Part shown: positions 53,261 to 64,000 of the stretch, in pieces
Layout of the letters: each line of letters starts with the position of its first letter
How positions within the stretch are numbered: position 1 is the first letter of the stretch
Origin: Alphaproteobacteria bacterium
Lineage (GTDB): Bacteria; Pseudomonadota; Alphaproteobacteria; UBA6615
Assembly (NCBI GenBank): GCA_002722515.1
Contig: PBMH01000047.1
Coordinates: 2,671-66,670, forward strand
Direction of reading: 5' to 3'
DNA: 64,000 bases
Position numbers and translations under genes: made by a program
Notes under the pieces: model-generated
Seen by the model: the letters and a program-made list of their open reading frames with translations, nothing else
Told to the model about the DNA's origin: nothing
The model's database searches: none

Positions 53261-55126
53261 TCACCCGTCGAGCGCCTCAAGCTCATCGATCAGGCCCGAG
53301 ACCACGCCCAGCCCGCGTTGCCAGAAGGCGGGATCGGAGGCGTTTAGCCCGAATGGCGCCAGCAACTCCCTGTGCCGCAGCGTACCACCCGCGCGCAGCA
53401 TCTCGAGATAGCGTTCGGTGAATCCGTCCGCCTCATTCTCGTAGACCGCATAGAGTGAGTTCACTAGGCAGTCGCCGAAGGCGTATGCGTAGACATAGAA
53501 GGGCGAGTGGATAAAGTGGGGGATATAGGTCCAAAAATACCTGTATTCTTCAGAAAAACGGATCGCCGGCCCGAGGCTCTCAGCCTGGACATCCATCCAG
53601 ATCTGGCAGATTTCATCGGTCAGCAGTTCGCCCTCAATGCGCTTGTCATGGAGGCGGCTCTCGAACTCGTGAAACGCGATCTGCCGCACCACCGTATTGA
53701 GCATATCCTCGACCTTGGAGGCGAGCATGGTTTTACGCAGTCGCGGGTCATCGGCTTCGGCCAGCAGCTTGCGGAATGTCAGCATCTCGCCGAACACCGA
53801 CGCCGTCTCGGCCAAAGTCAGCGGCGTATCGGACATCAAATGTCCCTGCCCACCAGCCAACACCTGGTGCACCCCATGGCCCAACTCGTGGGCCAGTGTC
53901 ATCACGTCGCGGGTCTTGCCCTGATAATTCAGCAGCAGATAGGGGTGCACGCTGGGTACGGTCGGATGGGCGAATGCACCTGGCGACTTACCCGGACGCA
54001 CCGGCGTGTCGATCCAGTCATTGTCGAAGAAGTTACGAGCTTCATCGGCCAAGTCCGGGGAGAAGGCAGCATAGGCATCCAGCACCTTGGCAACTGCATC
54101 GCTCCAGCCGATCGAGGTTTCGTCGTCATCGGGTAGCGGCGCGTTGCGATCCCAATAGTCGAGCTGATCGACGCCGAACCATTTCGCCTTTAGCGCGTAG
54201 TAACGATGGGAAAGGTTGGGATAAGCCCCCCGCACCGCTGCCACCAATGCGTCGACGACCTCGTCTTCGACCACGTTGGCAAGGTTCCGACTCGAGACTG
54301 GACGCGCGTAACCACGCCACTTGTCCTCGATCCCCTTGTCCTTCGCTAGAGTGTTGGTGATGTGGGTAAAGGTTCGTACGTTCGCTCCTAGAACGGCTCC
54401 GAGAGATTTTGCAGCCGCCTTGCGCACCGCGCCGTCGACGTCAGATAGGAGGTTGAGTACCTCGGCGCTGGTCATCTCACAGTCGCCGTCCGGCAGCGCC
54501 ACGTTGAATCGCAGATCGGCCATGGTTTCGTCGAACAGGCGATTCCACGCCGCACGGCCAGCGACGCTCTTCTCGAGAAGTAGCTTCTCAAGCTGGTCAT
54601 CGAGCTGATGATCACGATAGACCCGGCTTTCGCGCAGCCAGGGCGCGTAGCGGCACAAGGAGTTGGATTCCGCCAGCTGCACTTCGAGCCGGTCATCCGA
54701 GATCCGATTAATCTCGAGCGCGAAGAACAGCAGATTCGCCGAGATCTCTGTAACCGTCTCCTGCATCGACTGCATGAATCGGCCATTCTCCGGATCGTTC
54801 ATATCGCCGGCGTAGAGCAAGCCGGCATAGCTCATAACCCGCGACAGAGCCTCGTCGAGCGCTTCATATTCCGCGATTGCCGCGGCCAGCGCATCACCAT
54901 CGAGGTCAGCCAGCTTCTCTTTGTAGCGTTTCTCAAACGCTTTGGCATCCTTGCGCGCGCCGGCAAGCGTCGCGGCTAGTTCGGGGCTGTCAGGGGACCG
55001 AAACAGGTCGGTCAGATCCCACTCTGGAAGCTTTTCGCACTTGGTGCGTGCGGGGCTCCCCTCGGGGGCCAGAATCAGAACAGGATCACAGATGTTTGCG
55101 GGCATGCAGGTAGCTCCTTGAATCAC
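53261..55126 (-). CDS. pepF: M3-family oligoendopeptidase (PepF type)
   Basis: Zinc motif 'HELGHGVH' within a roughly 600-aa protein, and the N-terminal 'LPEWDLTDLF' typical of alphaproteobacterial PepF. Confidence 0.85.
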   Translation of the reverse strand: MIQGATCMPANICDPVLILAPEGSPARTKCEKLPEWDLTDLFRSPDSPELAATLAGARKDAKAFEKRYKEKLADLDGDALAAAIAEYEALDEALSRVMSYAGLLYAGDMNDPENGRFMQSMQETVTEISANLLFFALEINRISDDRLEVQLAESNSLCRYAPWLRESRVYRDHQLDDQLEKLLLEKSVAGRAAWNRLFDETMADLRFNVALPDGDCEMTSAEVLNLLSDVDGAVRKAAAKSLGAVLGANVRTFTHITNTLAKDKGIEDKWRGYARPVSSRNLANVVEDEVVDALVAAVRGAYPNLSHRYYALKAKWFGVDQLDYWDRNAPLPDDDETSIGWSDAVAKVLDAYAAFSPDLADEARNFFDNDWIDTPVRPGKSPGAFAHPTVPSVHPYLLLNYQGKTRDVMTLAHELGHGVHQVLAGGQGHLMSDTPLTLAETASVFGEMLTFRKLLAEADDPRLRKTMLASKVEDMLNTVVRQIAFHEFESRLHDKRIEGELLTDEICQIWMDVQAESLGPAIRFSEEYRYFWTYIPHFIHSPFYVYAYAFGDCLVNSLYAVYENEADGFTERYLEMLRAGGTLRHRELLAPFGLNASDPAFWQRGLGVVSGLIDELEALDG

Positions 55127-55248
55127 ATTCAGAGATAGGGTCCATTAAACACCTCAACAAGCGCCCATCAAAAATTTCACATTAACGTGCAGGCCCACTG
55201 GCCGAGCAAACCAACGTAACGGGCGACGCGAACGACGGGACTCTGGCG

Positions 55249-57063
55249 ATGAAGTACTCCGAACGATACGAGCGCTGGAATAACCTACCCCAGGTATTCT
55301 TTGAAAAAGCCGAGGAGCTCGGAGACTCGCCGATGCTATGGGCGAAACGCTATGGCTCCTGGCATCCTATTAGCTGGGCCGAAGCGCGCGACACAGTGAG
55401 CTCGGTCTCCCGCGGCCTGCGCCAGCTCGGCGTCGCACGCGGCGACAGGGTTCTCCTAGTCTCGGAGAACCGGCCAGAATGGGGGCTGGCGGACCTCGCC
55501 ATCATGTCCGCCGGGGCCATCACCGTTCCCGCCTACATCACCAATACGGTGGCCGATCATATCCATATCGTCTCGGACAGCGATCCGCGCGTGGCTATCG
55601 TGTCGAACGCGCGACTAGCCGAACGGCTGCTACCCGCGATCCGCAACACCAGCTCAATCAACAACGTTGTTATCATGGAGGGTGCGACCGGCGAGAACGA
55701 AGGCGTCTCGATCATCAGCTGGCGCAACCTTTATGATTCTGGTGTCAAGGCCGTGGACGACGTCGCCGAAGTTGTCGCGGCAACCCAACGGACAGATACG
55801 TCTTGCCTGATCTATACCTCTGGAACCGGCGGCGCACCCAAGGGGGTAATGCTTTCGCACGGTGCGATCCTTTGCAACTGTGCCGGGGCCTACCATCTGT
55901 TCGAGGCAGACGGGATGCTGGAACTCGACAACGAAACGTTCCTGTCCTTCCTGCCGCTGAGTCATTCCTACGAGCACACGGCCGGCCTGCACTTCCCGAT
56001 CACGATCGGCGCCCAGATCTACTACGCCGAAAACGCCGATAAGTTGGCCACCAATATGGGCGAGATGCGCCCGACCATTATGACTGCGGTCCCCCGGCTA
56101 TATGAATCCATGCACCAGCGCATCATGGCAGGGATTGCACGCAAGGGCGGGTTATCGGAAACGTTGTTCCGCAAAGCCGTCACACTCGGTATCAAGCGCT
56201 ATGAAAGCGGCGGCCTCTCGCTGTTCGAACGGCTGCAGGACGTGCTACTCGAGAAGCTGGTGCGCAAGAAGGTCGCCAAACAGTTCGGCGGGCGACTCAA
56301 GGCATTCGTATCGGGTGGCGCGCCGCTAAACTACGACATCGGCGTCTTCTTCCTGGCGCTGGGGGTCCGCCTGCTCCAAGGTTATGGTCAGACCGAGACT
56401 GCCCCCGTAATCAGCGCCAACCCGCCCTCAAAGATCAAGATCGACACGGTCGGCCCCGCCTTCCCCGGTGTGGAACTGCGCATCGCCGAGGATGGCGAAA
56501 TCCTGATCAGGGGCGAGCTCACCATGCAAGGCTATTGGAACGCACCTGACCTGACGGCAGAGACCCTGCGCGAGGGTTGGATCCACACCGGCGATATCGG
56601 CGTTAGAGACGCCGATGGCTACATCAAAATTACCGACCGCAAGAAGGACATTATTGTCAACTCTGGCGGCGACAATATCTCGCCCCAGCGGGTCGAGGGG
56701 GCACTGGTCTTCGAGCCAGAGATCAACCAGGCGATGGTGTATGGCGACAAGCGACCCCATCTGGTGGCGCTGCTGGTGCCGGACGACGAGTTTTTTCGAA
56801 GTTGGACCAATGATAATGATCGCGATGTGGACCTCGCAGAGCTAACCGACCTCAAGCCGCTCTACGAGGCTCTACGCGCGGCTATCGAGCGAACGAATGA
56901 GCGCCTGCCCCAGACCGAGCAGATTCGCCGCTTCCTCGTCGCTGAGGAGCCGTTCACAACCGAGAACGGGCTGATGACCCCGTCCCTGAAGATCCGGCGC
57001 CATGAGATTAACAAAATCTACGGCGAACGCCTCGAGGCGCTGTACGGCCGCGCAAAGACGTAG
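55249..57063 (+). CDS. AMP-dependent synthetase/ligase (long-chain fatty-acid--CoA ligase-like)
   Basis: AMP-binding motif 'LIYTSGTGGAPKGV', plus 'GYGQTE' and 'GWIHTGDIG...DRKKD'. Confidence 0.85.
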   Translation: MKYSERYERWNNLPQVFFEKAEELGDSPMLWAKRYGSWHPISWAEARDTVSSVSRGLRQLGVARGDRVLLVSENRPEWGLADLAIMSAGAITVPAYITNTVADHIHIVSDSDPRVAIVSNARLAERLLPAIRNTSSINNVVIMEGATGENEGVSIISWRNLYDSGVKAVDDVAEVVAATQRTDTSCLIYTSGTGGAPKGVMLSHGAILCNCAGAYHLFEADGMLELDNETFLSFLPLSHSYEHTAGLHFPITIGAQIYYAENADKLATNMGEMRPTIMTAVPRLYESMHQRIMAGIARKGGLSETLFRKAVTLGIKRYESGGLSLFERLQDVLLEKLVRKKVAKQFGGRLKAFVSGGAPLNYDIGVFFLALGVRLLQGYGQTETAPVISANPPSKIKIDTVGPAFPGVELRIAEDGEILIRGELTMQGYWNAPDLTAETLREGWIHTGDIGVRDADGYIKITDRKKDIIVNSGGDNISPQRVEGALVFEPEINQAMVYGDKRPHLVALLVPDDEFFRSWTNDNDRDVDLAELTDLKPLYEALRAAIERTNERLPQTEQIRRFLVAEEPFTTENGLMTPSLKIRRHEINKIYGERLEALYGRAKT

Positions 57064-57075
57064 GGGATCGACGCG

Positions 57076-58050
57076 TTACCCGTGGTACTCGCGGTACCAT
57101 CTAACGAATTTGGGAATTCCTACGTCAATCGGCGTCTTGGGTTCGAATCCAAAGTCACGCTGACTGGCAGCAATATCTGCATAGGTCACCTGCACATCAC
57201 CGGGCTGCATGGGCTGAAAGTCGATCTGGGCCTCGGTGCCGAGTGCGTCCTCGATGAGGCCTATAAAACGCATCAGCGGCTCAGACTGATTGTTGCCCAG
57301 ATTGTAGACCCGGTGTATTGGTTTACCCTTGTCATCGGTCTTCGACGGCAAGTCTAGAACCGCCAGCACGCCGGCGACGATATCGTCGACATAGGTGAAG
57401 TCGCGCTGCATATCACCGTGGTTAAAGACCGGAATTGGTTCGCCCGCCACGATCTTGCGGGTAAAGATGTAGGCGGACATGTCCGGTCGTCCCCAAGGTC
57501 CATAAACGGTAAAAAAGCGAAGGCCAGTCAGCGGGATACCATAAGTAACCGCGTAGGCGTTGCTCATTAGCTCGTCAGATTTCTTGGTCGCAGCGTAAAG
57601 TGACACTGGCTTGTCCACTTGGTCCTCAACCGAGAATGGCAGCTTGGTATTCGCCCCATAGACGGATGAAGAGCTGGCATAAACCATTTGGCGCAGTTCC
57701 TTACCCAAGCTGCGCGCCACCTCAAGCACATTCATATGCCCGACGATATTAGCCTGAATATAGGCGCCCGGATTCTCGAGGCTGTAGCGGACCCCGGCCT
57801 GGGCTGCCAGATGAACGATCCGGTCAACACCTCTGCCCGCTGCCATCACCGTACTGAGGTCTGCAATGTCGCCGCGTACAAAGGAAAAATCCTCGTGCGA
57901 AGTTAAGTGTGCGAGCCGCGCTTCCTTAAGGGAAACATCGTAATAGTCATTGAGGTTGTCGATACCGACCACGCGCTCACCGCGATTGAGCAAGGCAAGG
58001 CTGACATGCATGCCTATAAAACCGGCCGCACCGGTGAGAAGAACTGTCAT
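57076..58050 (-). CDS. NAD-dependent epimerase (UDP-glucuronate 4-epimerase-like)
   Basis: 'MTVLLTGAAGFIG...VVGIDNLNDYYDVSLK' and the catalytic 'YAATKKSDE'. Confidence 0.75.
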   Translation of the reverse strand: MTVLLTGAAGFIGMHVSLALLNRGERVVGIDNLNDYYDVSLKEARLAHLTSHEDFSFVRGDIADLSTVMAAGRGVDRIVHLAAQAGVRYSLENPGAYIQANIVGHMNVLEVARSLGKELRQMVYASSSSVYGANTKLPFSVEDQVDKPVSLYAATKKSDELMSNAYAVTYGIPLTGLRFFTVYGPWGRPDMSAYIFTRKIVAGEPIPVFNHGDMQRDFTYVDDIVAGVLAVLDLPSKTDDKGKPIHRVYNLGNNQSEPLMRFIGLIEDALGTEAQIDFQPMQPGDVQVTYADIAASQRDFGFEPKTPIDVGIPKFVRWYREYHG

Positions 58051-58287
58051 GGGCCCGTGATATCCCGATCAATTCGCCACGCACGAAGACGCGCGTCAGC
58101 AACGCTGTTCATATAGATGACCACAACCATTATTGCACGCGACCGGATAAACCGCGCAGAATGAAGCCACTAGGCGATCATCCGAAATGCAAGTGCACCC
58201 AATGGCAGAGTGAATAGACAAATAGGACAGCAATACTTACATTTCTATTCTGGACGTTGATCTAACGTCTTATAGGGAGAGATATTC

Positions 58288-61200
58288 ATGGCCGAAACTG
58301 CCGTCAGCCTAGACGACAAATATGCCCTTGAATCAGGCCGCGTGTACCTTACCGGGACTCAGGCGCTGGTGCGCCTGCCGATGATACAGCGGCAGCGTGA
58401 CGCCGCAGCCGGGCTTGACACTGCAGCCTATGTTACCGGCTACCGTGGCTCGCCGCTGGGCGCACTGGACCAGCAGATGCTGCGTGCTAAACCGTTCCTT
58501 GAGCGCAACGACATCGTGTTTAGCCCCGGCGTAAATGAAGACATGGCTGCCACGGCCGCATGGGGCACCCAACAGCTGAACCTCTATCCCGACGCAAAAA
58601 AGCAGGGTGTGTTCTCCATGTGGTACGGGAAGGGCCCAGGGGTCGACCGCTCGGGCGACGTATTAAAGCATGGCAATCTGGCTGGTACCTCTCCCCATGG
58701 GGGCGTGTTGCTGCTAGCCGGCGACGACCATACTTGCAAGTCGTCGACCACCGCGCACCAGTCCGAATACGCCTTCGTCGACGCCATGATCCCCGTCCTG
58801 AATCCAGCCGGGGTGCAGGAGTTCCTAGATCTTGGAATTTATGGCTGGGCGATGTCGCGCTACAGTGGTTGCTGGGTCGCCTACAAGACCGTCGCAGAGA
58901 CAGTCGATAGCTCGGCTTCGGTCTATGTCGACCCGCAACGGATAAAGGTTGCGCTGCCGACAGATTTCATGATGCCAGAGGGTGGCCTGAACATCCGCTG
59001 GCCCGACGATTTCTTGGCCCAGGAGGAGCGCCTCCACAAGCACAAACTATCCGCAGCGCTGGCGTTCGCGCGCGCCAATCAGCTCGACCGGACGACAATC
59101 AACAGCCCGAAGAAGCATCTCGGTATCGTAACCACGGGTAAAAGCTATCTCGATGTCCGCCAGGCCCTGGACGATCTAGGCATCAGCGAGGCGATGGCCG
59201 TTGACATCGGCATCAGCATCTACAAGGTCGCCATGCCTTGGCCACTAGAGCACGAGGGCGTGCGCGCATTTGCCGAGGGCATGGAAGAACTTCTAGTCGT
59301 TGAAGAAAAAAGAGCGCTTATAGAGAACCAGCTGAAGGAGAACCTATACAATTGGCCCGCCAACGTGCGCCCGCGGATCCTAGGAAAGTTCGATGACGCA
59401 GGTAACTGGATCTTGCCGTCGGCAGGCGAACTAAGCCCGGCACAGATCGCCCGGGTGATCGCCAAACAGCTGGCCCAGTGGCATAGATCCGATGCCATCG
59501 AGCAGCGCTTGGCCTTCCTCGAGGCAAAGGAAGCCTCGATGGCCCAGCAACCGCCAGGCGCAAAGCGCATCCCCTATTTTTGCTCGGGCTGCCCGCACAA
59601 TAGCTCTACTAGGGTACCTGACGGTAGCCGTGCTCTGGCCGGCATCGGCTGCCACTTCATGGCGCTATGGATGGACCGCGACACCGAGACCTTCACTCAT
59701 ATGGGTGGCGAAGGCGTGACCTGGCTCGGTCAGGCTCCGTTCAGCGACACCGAACACGTGTTCGTCAACCTAGGCGACGGAACTTATTATCATTCCGGCT
59801 ATATGGCGATCCGACAAGCCGTAGCGGCAAATGTAAACGTTACCTACAAGATTCTATTTAATGACGCGGTTGCGATGACCGGCGGTCAGCCCGTCGACGG
59901 CTCCCTCACTGTGCCGGCCATCACCAGACAGGTCGAGGCCGAGGGGGTCCGTCGTATTGCGGTCGTCAGTGACGAGCCTTACAAGTATCCAAAGGGAGCG
60001 CCCTTTGCACCGGACGTTAGCATCCACCACCGCAAAGATTTAGACAGGGTACAGCGCGATCTCCGAGAATTCCCCGGGGTCTCGGTGCTAATCTACGATC
60101 AGACCTGCGCTGCCGAGAAGCGCCGCCGGCGCAAGCGGGGCACCTTTCCCGACCCAGCCAAGCGGGTGATGATCAATGAGGCAGTGTGCGAGGGCTGCGG
60201 CGACTGCTCGGTCCAATCTAACTGCCTATCGGTGGTACCGGTCGAGACCGAGTTTGGGCGCAAGAGAGCCATCGACCAGTCGAACTGTAATAAGGACTTT
60301 TCCTGCGTGCAGGGCTTCTGCCCCAGTTTCGTCACCGTCGAGGGCGGGCATCTGCGCACACCGGACACCGCTGCACCAGCTGGCGGGGATTCAGCATTCG
60401 ACGATATTAGACTCCCCGAGCCCCGCCTGCCCAACCTAGACAAACCCTACGGAATCCTGGTAACCGGTGTTGGCGGGACCGGAGTGGTCACGATCGGCGC
60501 GCTGCTCGGCATGGCTGCCCATATTGAAGGCAAGGGCGTGTCGGTGCTCGACATGACCGGTCTCGCCCAGAAGGGTGGTGCGGTGATCAGCCACGTGCGC
60601 GTCGGCAAGCGACCGGAAGACCTTCACGCTGTGCGGATCGCAGCGGGCAGCGCCGATCTAGTGCTTGGCTGCGATTTAGTAGTAGCAGCCGGGACGGATG
60701 CGGTAGCGCGGATGCAGACAAGCCACACGCGCGCAGTAATCAACAGCCACGAGACAGTGACCGGCGACTTTACCCGGGACCCGGACTTCGAAATCAACTC
60801 AAATGCGATGCGTCAGACCATTGAGGTAGCAGTCGGCGAGGATGCAGCGGACTTTGTCCCTGCAACGCGTTTTGCAACAGCCCTGCTCGGAGACTCGATC
60901 GCCACCAACCTGTTCATGCTCGGATATGCTTGGCAGAAGGGCCTGATCCCAATTTCCGACGCAGCTATTGACGAAGCGATCGAGCTTAATGCCGTCGCCG
61001 TTGACTTTAACCGCGAGGCCTTCCTTTGGGGCCGCCGGACAGCCGTCGACGAAGCGCGGGTGGGAATTGCCGCCGAGCCTGTGACGCCGCTCCGGCTGAA
61101 AGCGCCGGACATCGCTACCACTTTGGAGGAAATGGTCGAGCGGCGTATCAACTTCCTTTGCGAGTATCAAGACAAGGCCTACGCTAGGCGCTACAAGGAT

Positions 61201-61782
61201 CTGGTCGTACGGGTGCAAAAGGCCGAAGGCGAGCGCGCCAAAGGCAAGGTTGGGCTCGCCAGCGCAGTCGCTCGTTACTATTACAAACTACTAGCCTACA
61301 AAGATGAATACGAGGTGGCGCGACTCTATACCGACGGCCAATTTTCGCGCAAGCTCGCCGAACAGTTCGCAGGCAATTACAAGTTAAAGTTCCATATGGC
61401 CCCACCACTTTTCGCGAGGCATAACCCAGATACGGGCCTTGTAGAGAAGCAGGTGTTTGGCCCCTGGGTGATGCTTGCCTTTCGGGCGCTGGCGCGGATG
61501 AAATTTCTGCGGGGCACTGCCCTCGACCCGTTTGGCTGGACAACCGAGCGTAAACGCGAGCAGGCACTGATTACGAATTACGAAAAGGTAGTTGAAGAGA
61601 TTTGTGACGGCCTCAATCGGGGCAACCACGACTTGGCTGTAGCAATCGCCTCGATCCCCGAGCATATCCGTGGCTACGGGCATGTGAAAGACCAGCACTT
61701 GCAGAAAGCAAAGGACGAGGAAGCGGCACTATTGCGCGCATTTCGTGACCCGAAAGCGCCTCAAGCTCAAGCGGCGGAATGA
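58288..61782 (+). CDS. Indolepyruvate ferredoxin oxidoreductase family protein (fused alpha/beta, about 1160 aa)
   Basis: TPP region 'GDGTYYHSG', ferredoxin-like 'CEGCGDCSVQSNC ... CNKDFSCVQGFCPSF', and the typical length for the fused family. Confidence 0.85.
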   Translation: MAETAVSLDDKYALESGRVYLTGTQALVRLPMIQRQRDAAAGLDTAAYVTGYRGSPLGALDQQMLRAKPFLERNDIVFSPGVNEDMAATAAWGTQQLNLYPDAKKQGVFSMWYGKGPGVDRSGDVLKHGNLAGTSPHGGVLLLAGDDHTCKSSTTAHQSEYAFVDAMIPVLNPAGVQEFLDLGIYGWAMSRYSGCWVAYKTVAETVDSSASVYVDPQRIKVALPTDFMMPEGGLNIRWPDDFLAQEERLHKHKLSAALAFARANQLDRTTINSPKKHLGIVTTGKSYLDVRQALDDLGISEAMAVDIGISIYKVAMPWPLEHEGVRAFAEGMEELLVVEEKRALIENQLKENLYNWPANVRPRILGKFDDAGNWILPSAGELSPAQIARVIAKQLAQWHRSDAIEQRLAFLEAKEASMAQQPPGAKRIPYFCSGCPHNSSTRVPDGSRALAGIGCHFMALWMDRDTETFTHMGGEGVTWLGQAPFSDTEHVFVNLGDGTYYHSGYMAIRQAVAANVNVTYKILFNDAVAMTGGQPVDGSLTVPAITRQVEAEGVRRIAVVSDEPYKYPKGAPFAPDVSIHHRKDLDRVQRDLREFPGVSVLIYDQTCAAEKRRRRKRGTFPDPAKRVMINEAVCEGCGDCSVQSNCLSVVPVETEFGRKRAIDQSNCNKDFSCVQGFCPSFVTVEGGHLRTPDTAAPAGGDSAFDDIRLPEPRLPNLDKPYGILVTGVGGTGVVTIGALLGMAAHIEGKGVSVLDMTGLAQKGGAVISHVRVGKRPEDLHAVRIAAGSADLVLGCDLVVAAGTDAVARMQTSHTRAVINSHETVTGDFTRDPDFEINSNAMRQTIEVAVGEDAADFVPATRFATALLGDSIATNLFMLGYAWQKGLIPISDAAIDEAIELNAVAVDFNREAFLWGRRTAVDEARVGIAAEPVTPLRLKAPDIATTLEEMVERRINFLCEYQDKAYARRYKDLVVRVQKAEGERAKGKVGLASAVARYYYKLLAYKDEYEVARLYTDGQFSRKLAEQFAGNYKLKFHMAPPLFARHNPDTGLVEKQVFGPWVMLAFRALARMKFLRGTALDPFGWTTERKREQALITNYEKVVEEICDGLNRGNHDLAVAIASIPEHIRGYGHVKDQHLQKAKDEEAALLRAFRDPKAPQAQAAE

Positions 61783-61984
61783 ACACCAAGGAAAAAGAGC
61801 CTAGAGATCCATAGCCATCGGCACCTCCTCTGATTTATTGAGGTAACGCGATATGCTTGGGCTGTTTTTCTTAAACGTTAGAAGTGGAGTGAGGGCATTC
61901 CTCTGGGAAAGACGACGGCGAGGAAAACTAACGTTAAACATTTAGAGCACAACTCAAAATGCGGCCCGGGCAATCAATTAAACT

Positions 61985-62185
61985 TTATTTCAGTATCGTC
62001 GAAAGATTGATTGAACCGTTGCTGGCCCCTGTTCTTAGTCGAACAGAACCATTTCCCTTATCCGTTGCTTTCACGAATACAGAAGTATCCTTATTGACCT
62101 GTATACGCTCGGTATAAACTACACCTCGACCTTTGGAGACACATCCTGTCAAGGCGATGAGGCCAATCAATAATAAAACCCGCAT
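61985..62185 (-). CDS. Small lipoprotein, hypothetical
   Basis: 66 aa with the lipobox 'ALTGC'. Confidence 0.5.
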   Translation of the reverse strand: MRVLLLIGLIALTGCVSKGRGVVYTERIQVNKDTSVFVKATDKGNGSVRLRTGASNGSINLSTILK

Positions 62186-62267
62186 CTTCTAATCCTGTTT
62201 TTCAGACTGGTTCCCTCGCCTTTAGCCGGGTGGATTGCAACCAAGGGTTAGCGAAAATAGTTCGAAA

Positions 62268-62510
62268 TCAGACCCCTACCGCGTTCCGATAAACCTCGAG
62301 CAGATGCTCTTGCTCCTGACGCTCCGCCGGTTCAAGCTTTCGAAGCCTGATAAGTTGACGCATTGTCTTGGCATCAAAGCCAGAGGACTTGGCCTCGGCA
62401 TAAACCTCACGGATATCCGCGTTGAGGTTCGCGCGGTCTTCCTCCAAGCGTTCGACCCGTTCGATGAAGCTGCGTAAACGCTCGGTAGCGATTCCCCCGG
62501 TATCGGACAT
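62268..62510 (-). CDS. gapR: DUF2312 / UPF0335 protein (GapR-like nucleoid-associated protein)
   Basis: 'LRSFIERVERLEEDRANLNADIREVYAEAKSSGFDAKTMRQLIRLRK' is the family consensus almost verbatim. Confidence 0.8.
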   Translation of the reverse strand: MSDTGGIATERLRSFIERVERLEEDRANLNADIREVYAEAKSSGFDAKTMRQLIRLRKLEPAERQEQEHLLEVYRNAVGV

Positions 62511-62649
62511 CTCATGTTCTCCAGACAGAATTCCGCCCGCGCAGTTTCGCGGCGCTTATGCCGTTTAGCCTGATTTCCTGTGGAAAGGCAAAGGCCGCGT
62601 TCCCGGTATACCGCCGCAGCTATTGGAGCGGCGTCTCTGACAGCGCCGC

Positions 62650-62958
62650 TCAGTGGTCCGCCTTTTCCTTCATCTTGGTCAACTTTTCGGATGTCGCCGC
62701 GGTCTGATATTTTTCCTTCCACTCCGCGTACGGCATGCCATAGATCAACTCACGAGCACCTTCGTAATCGAGATCGACGCCCTTCGCGTCGGCCGCAGCC
62801 TTGTACCATTTAGACAGGCAATTACGGCAAAAGTTAGCTAGGTTCATTAAGTCAATGTTTTGAATGTCAGTATTGTCACGCAGATGCTGCACCAAGGTTC
62901 GGAACGCAGCAGCTTCCAGTTCGGTCCTAGTCTGGTTATCGAGTTCGGCCATGGTCAT
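62650..62958 (-). CDS. DUF1244-domain protein
   Basis: 'AAAFRTLVQHLRDNTDIQNIDLMNLANFCRNCLSKWY' matches the DUF1244 signature. Confidence 0.75.
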   Translation of the reverse strand: MTMAELDNQTRTELEAAAFRTLVQHLRDNTDIQNIDLMNLANFCRNCLSKWYKAAADAKGVDLDYEGARELIYGMPYAEWKEKYQTAATSEKLTKMKEKADH

Positions 62959-63295
62959 CTCCCGTTCGATCTATGCCAGCCAGTATAGACGCGCGGCTCG
63001 GGCTTACAATGGCGAGGGCTAGAGGTCGACTCGGTTTCGGCAAGGATGAGGGTTTCCTCGAGCGGAAGGCCGAGCGGCAAGATCTCGTCCTTCCCTTAGT
63101 TAACCAACCCTCTGATAGTCCACTGCAATGGCCGCGCCAGCGATTCTCTTTGATTAAGATATTGCCTTACGTCCGCAAAAGCAGATTTGTACGACGAGGA
63201 AAAAGTGGAGCCCATCAGTTTATCGGAGGCTCTCAGCCGGTAGCTCTTATGGCCCTATTTCTAGATCTAGCCGAAGGACAATGGGGTCGGGACGG

Positions 63296-64000
<705 letters not shown>

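Noticed and set aside
61869-61944. Two AACGTTA-containing short palindromic motifs about 55 bp apart downstream of the ferredoxin oxidoreductase gene.
   Set aside because: Only a 7-nt shared core, which is too short to separate from chance.

Overview
By gene content this is an alphaproteobacterial-type chromosomal segment: split glyQ/glyS, three-gene pntAA-pntAB-pntB, ppdK, a DUF2312/GapR-like gene, DUF1244, and the ispB/DUF2007/methyltransferase arrangement. I can support about 55 protein-coding genes, one tRNA-Pro(CGG), one good bidirectional terminator and a few regulatory repeats. Most of the window is housekeeping or ordinary metabolism: an asnB-glycosyltransferase envelope operon, ppdK, glyQS, ispB, cardiolipin synthase, two GMC oxidoreductases, apt, a Liv-type ABC importer, pyrE, rpsU, pntAB, pepF, an acyl-CoA ligase and an indolepyruvate:ferredoxin oxidoreductase-family gene. 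I saw no transposase, integrase, CRISPR array or rRNA. The stand-out is a tightly packed eight-ORF minus-strand operon at 37062..45616. It combines a MotA/TolQ/ExbB-type proton channel with two paralogous proteins whose N-termini look like the ExbD/TolR transmembrane helix, including the membrane-embedded Asp. In both paralogues the periplasmic part is a coiled coil plus a vWA domain with an intact MIDAS motif. The operon also encodes a cysteine-free PEGA-repeat/FGE-sulfatase-domain protein, a TM+TPR-like protein, a glycine-zipper lipoprotein, a secreted acidic protein and a small unlisted membrane ORF. I do not recognise this as any characterised stator system and propose it as a candidate new PMF-driven envelope machine. 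Secondary observations: three genes (glyQ, the second vWA gene, an MFS transporter) whose conserved N-termini lie upstream of any ATG/GTG/TTG; a perfect 20-bp tandem duplication at the ygfZ start; paired TTATC/GATAA palindromes upstream of an oxygenase-tetR pair; and a roughly 1.3-kb sparsely coding stretch. All domain calls come from reading the translations by eye. No database search was run.
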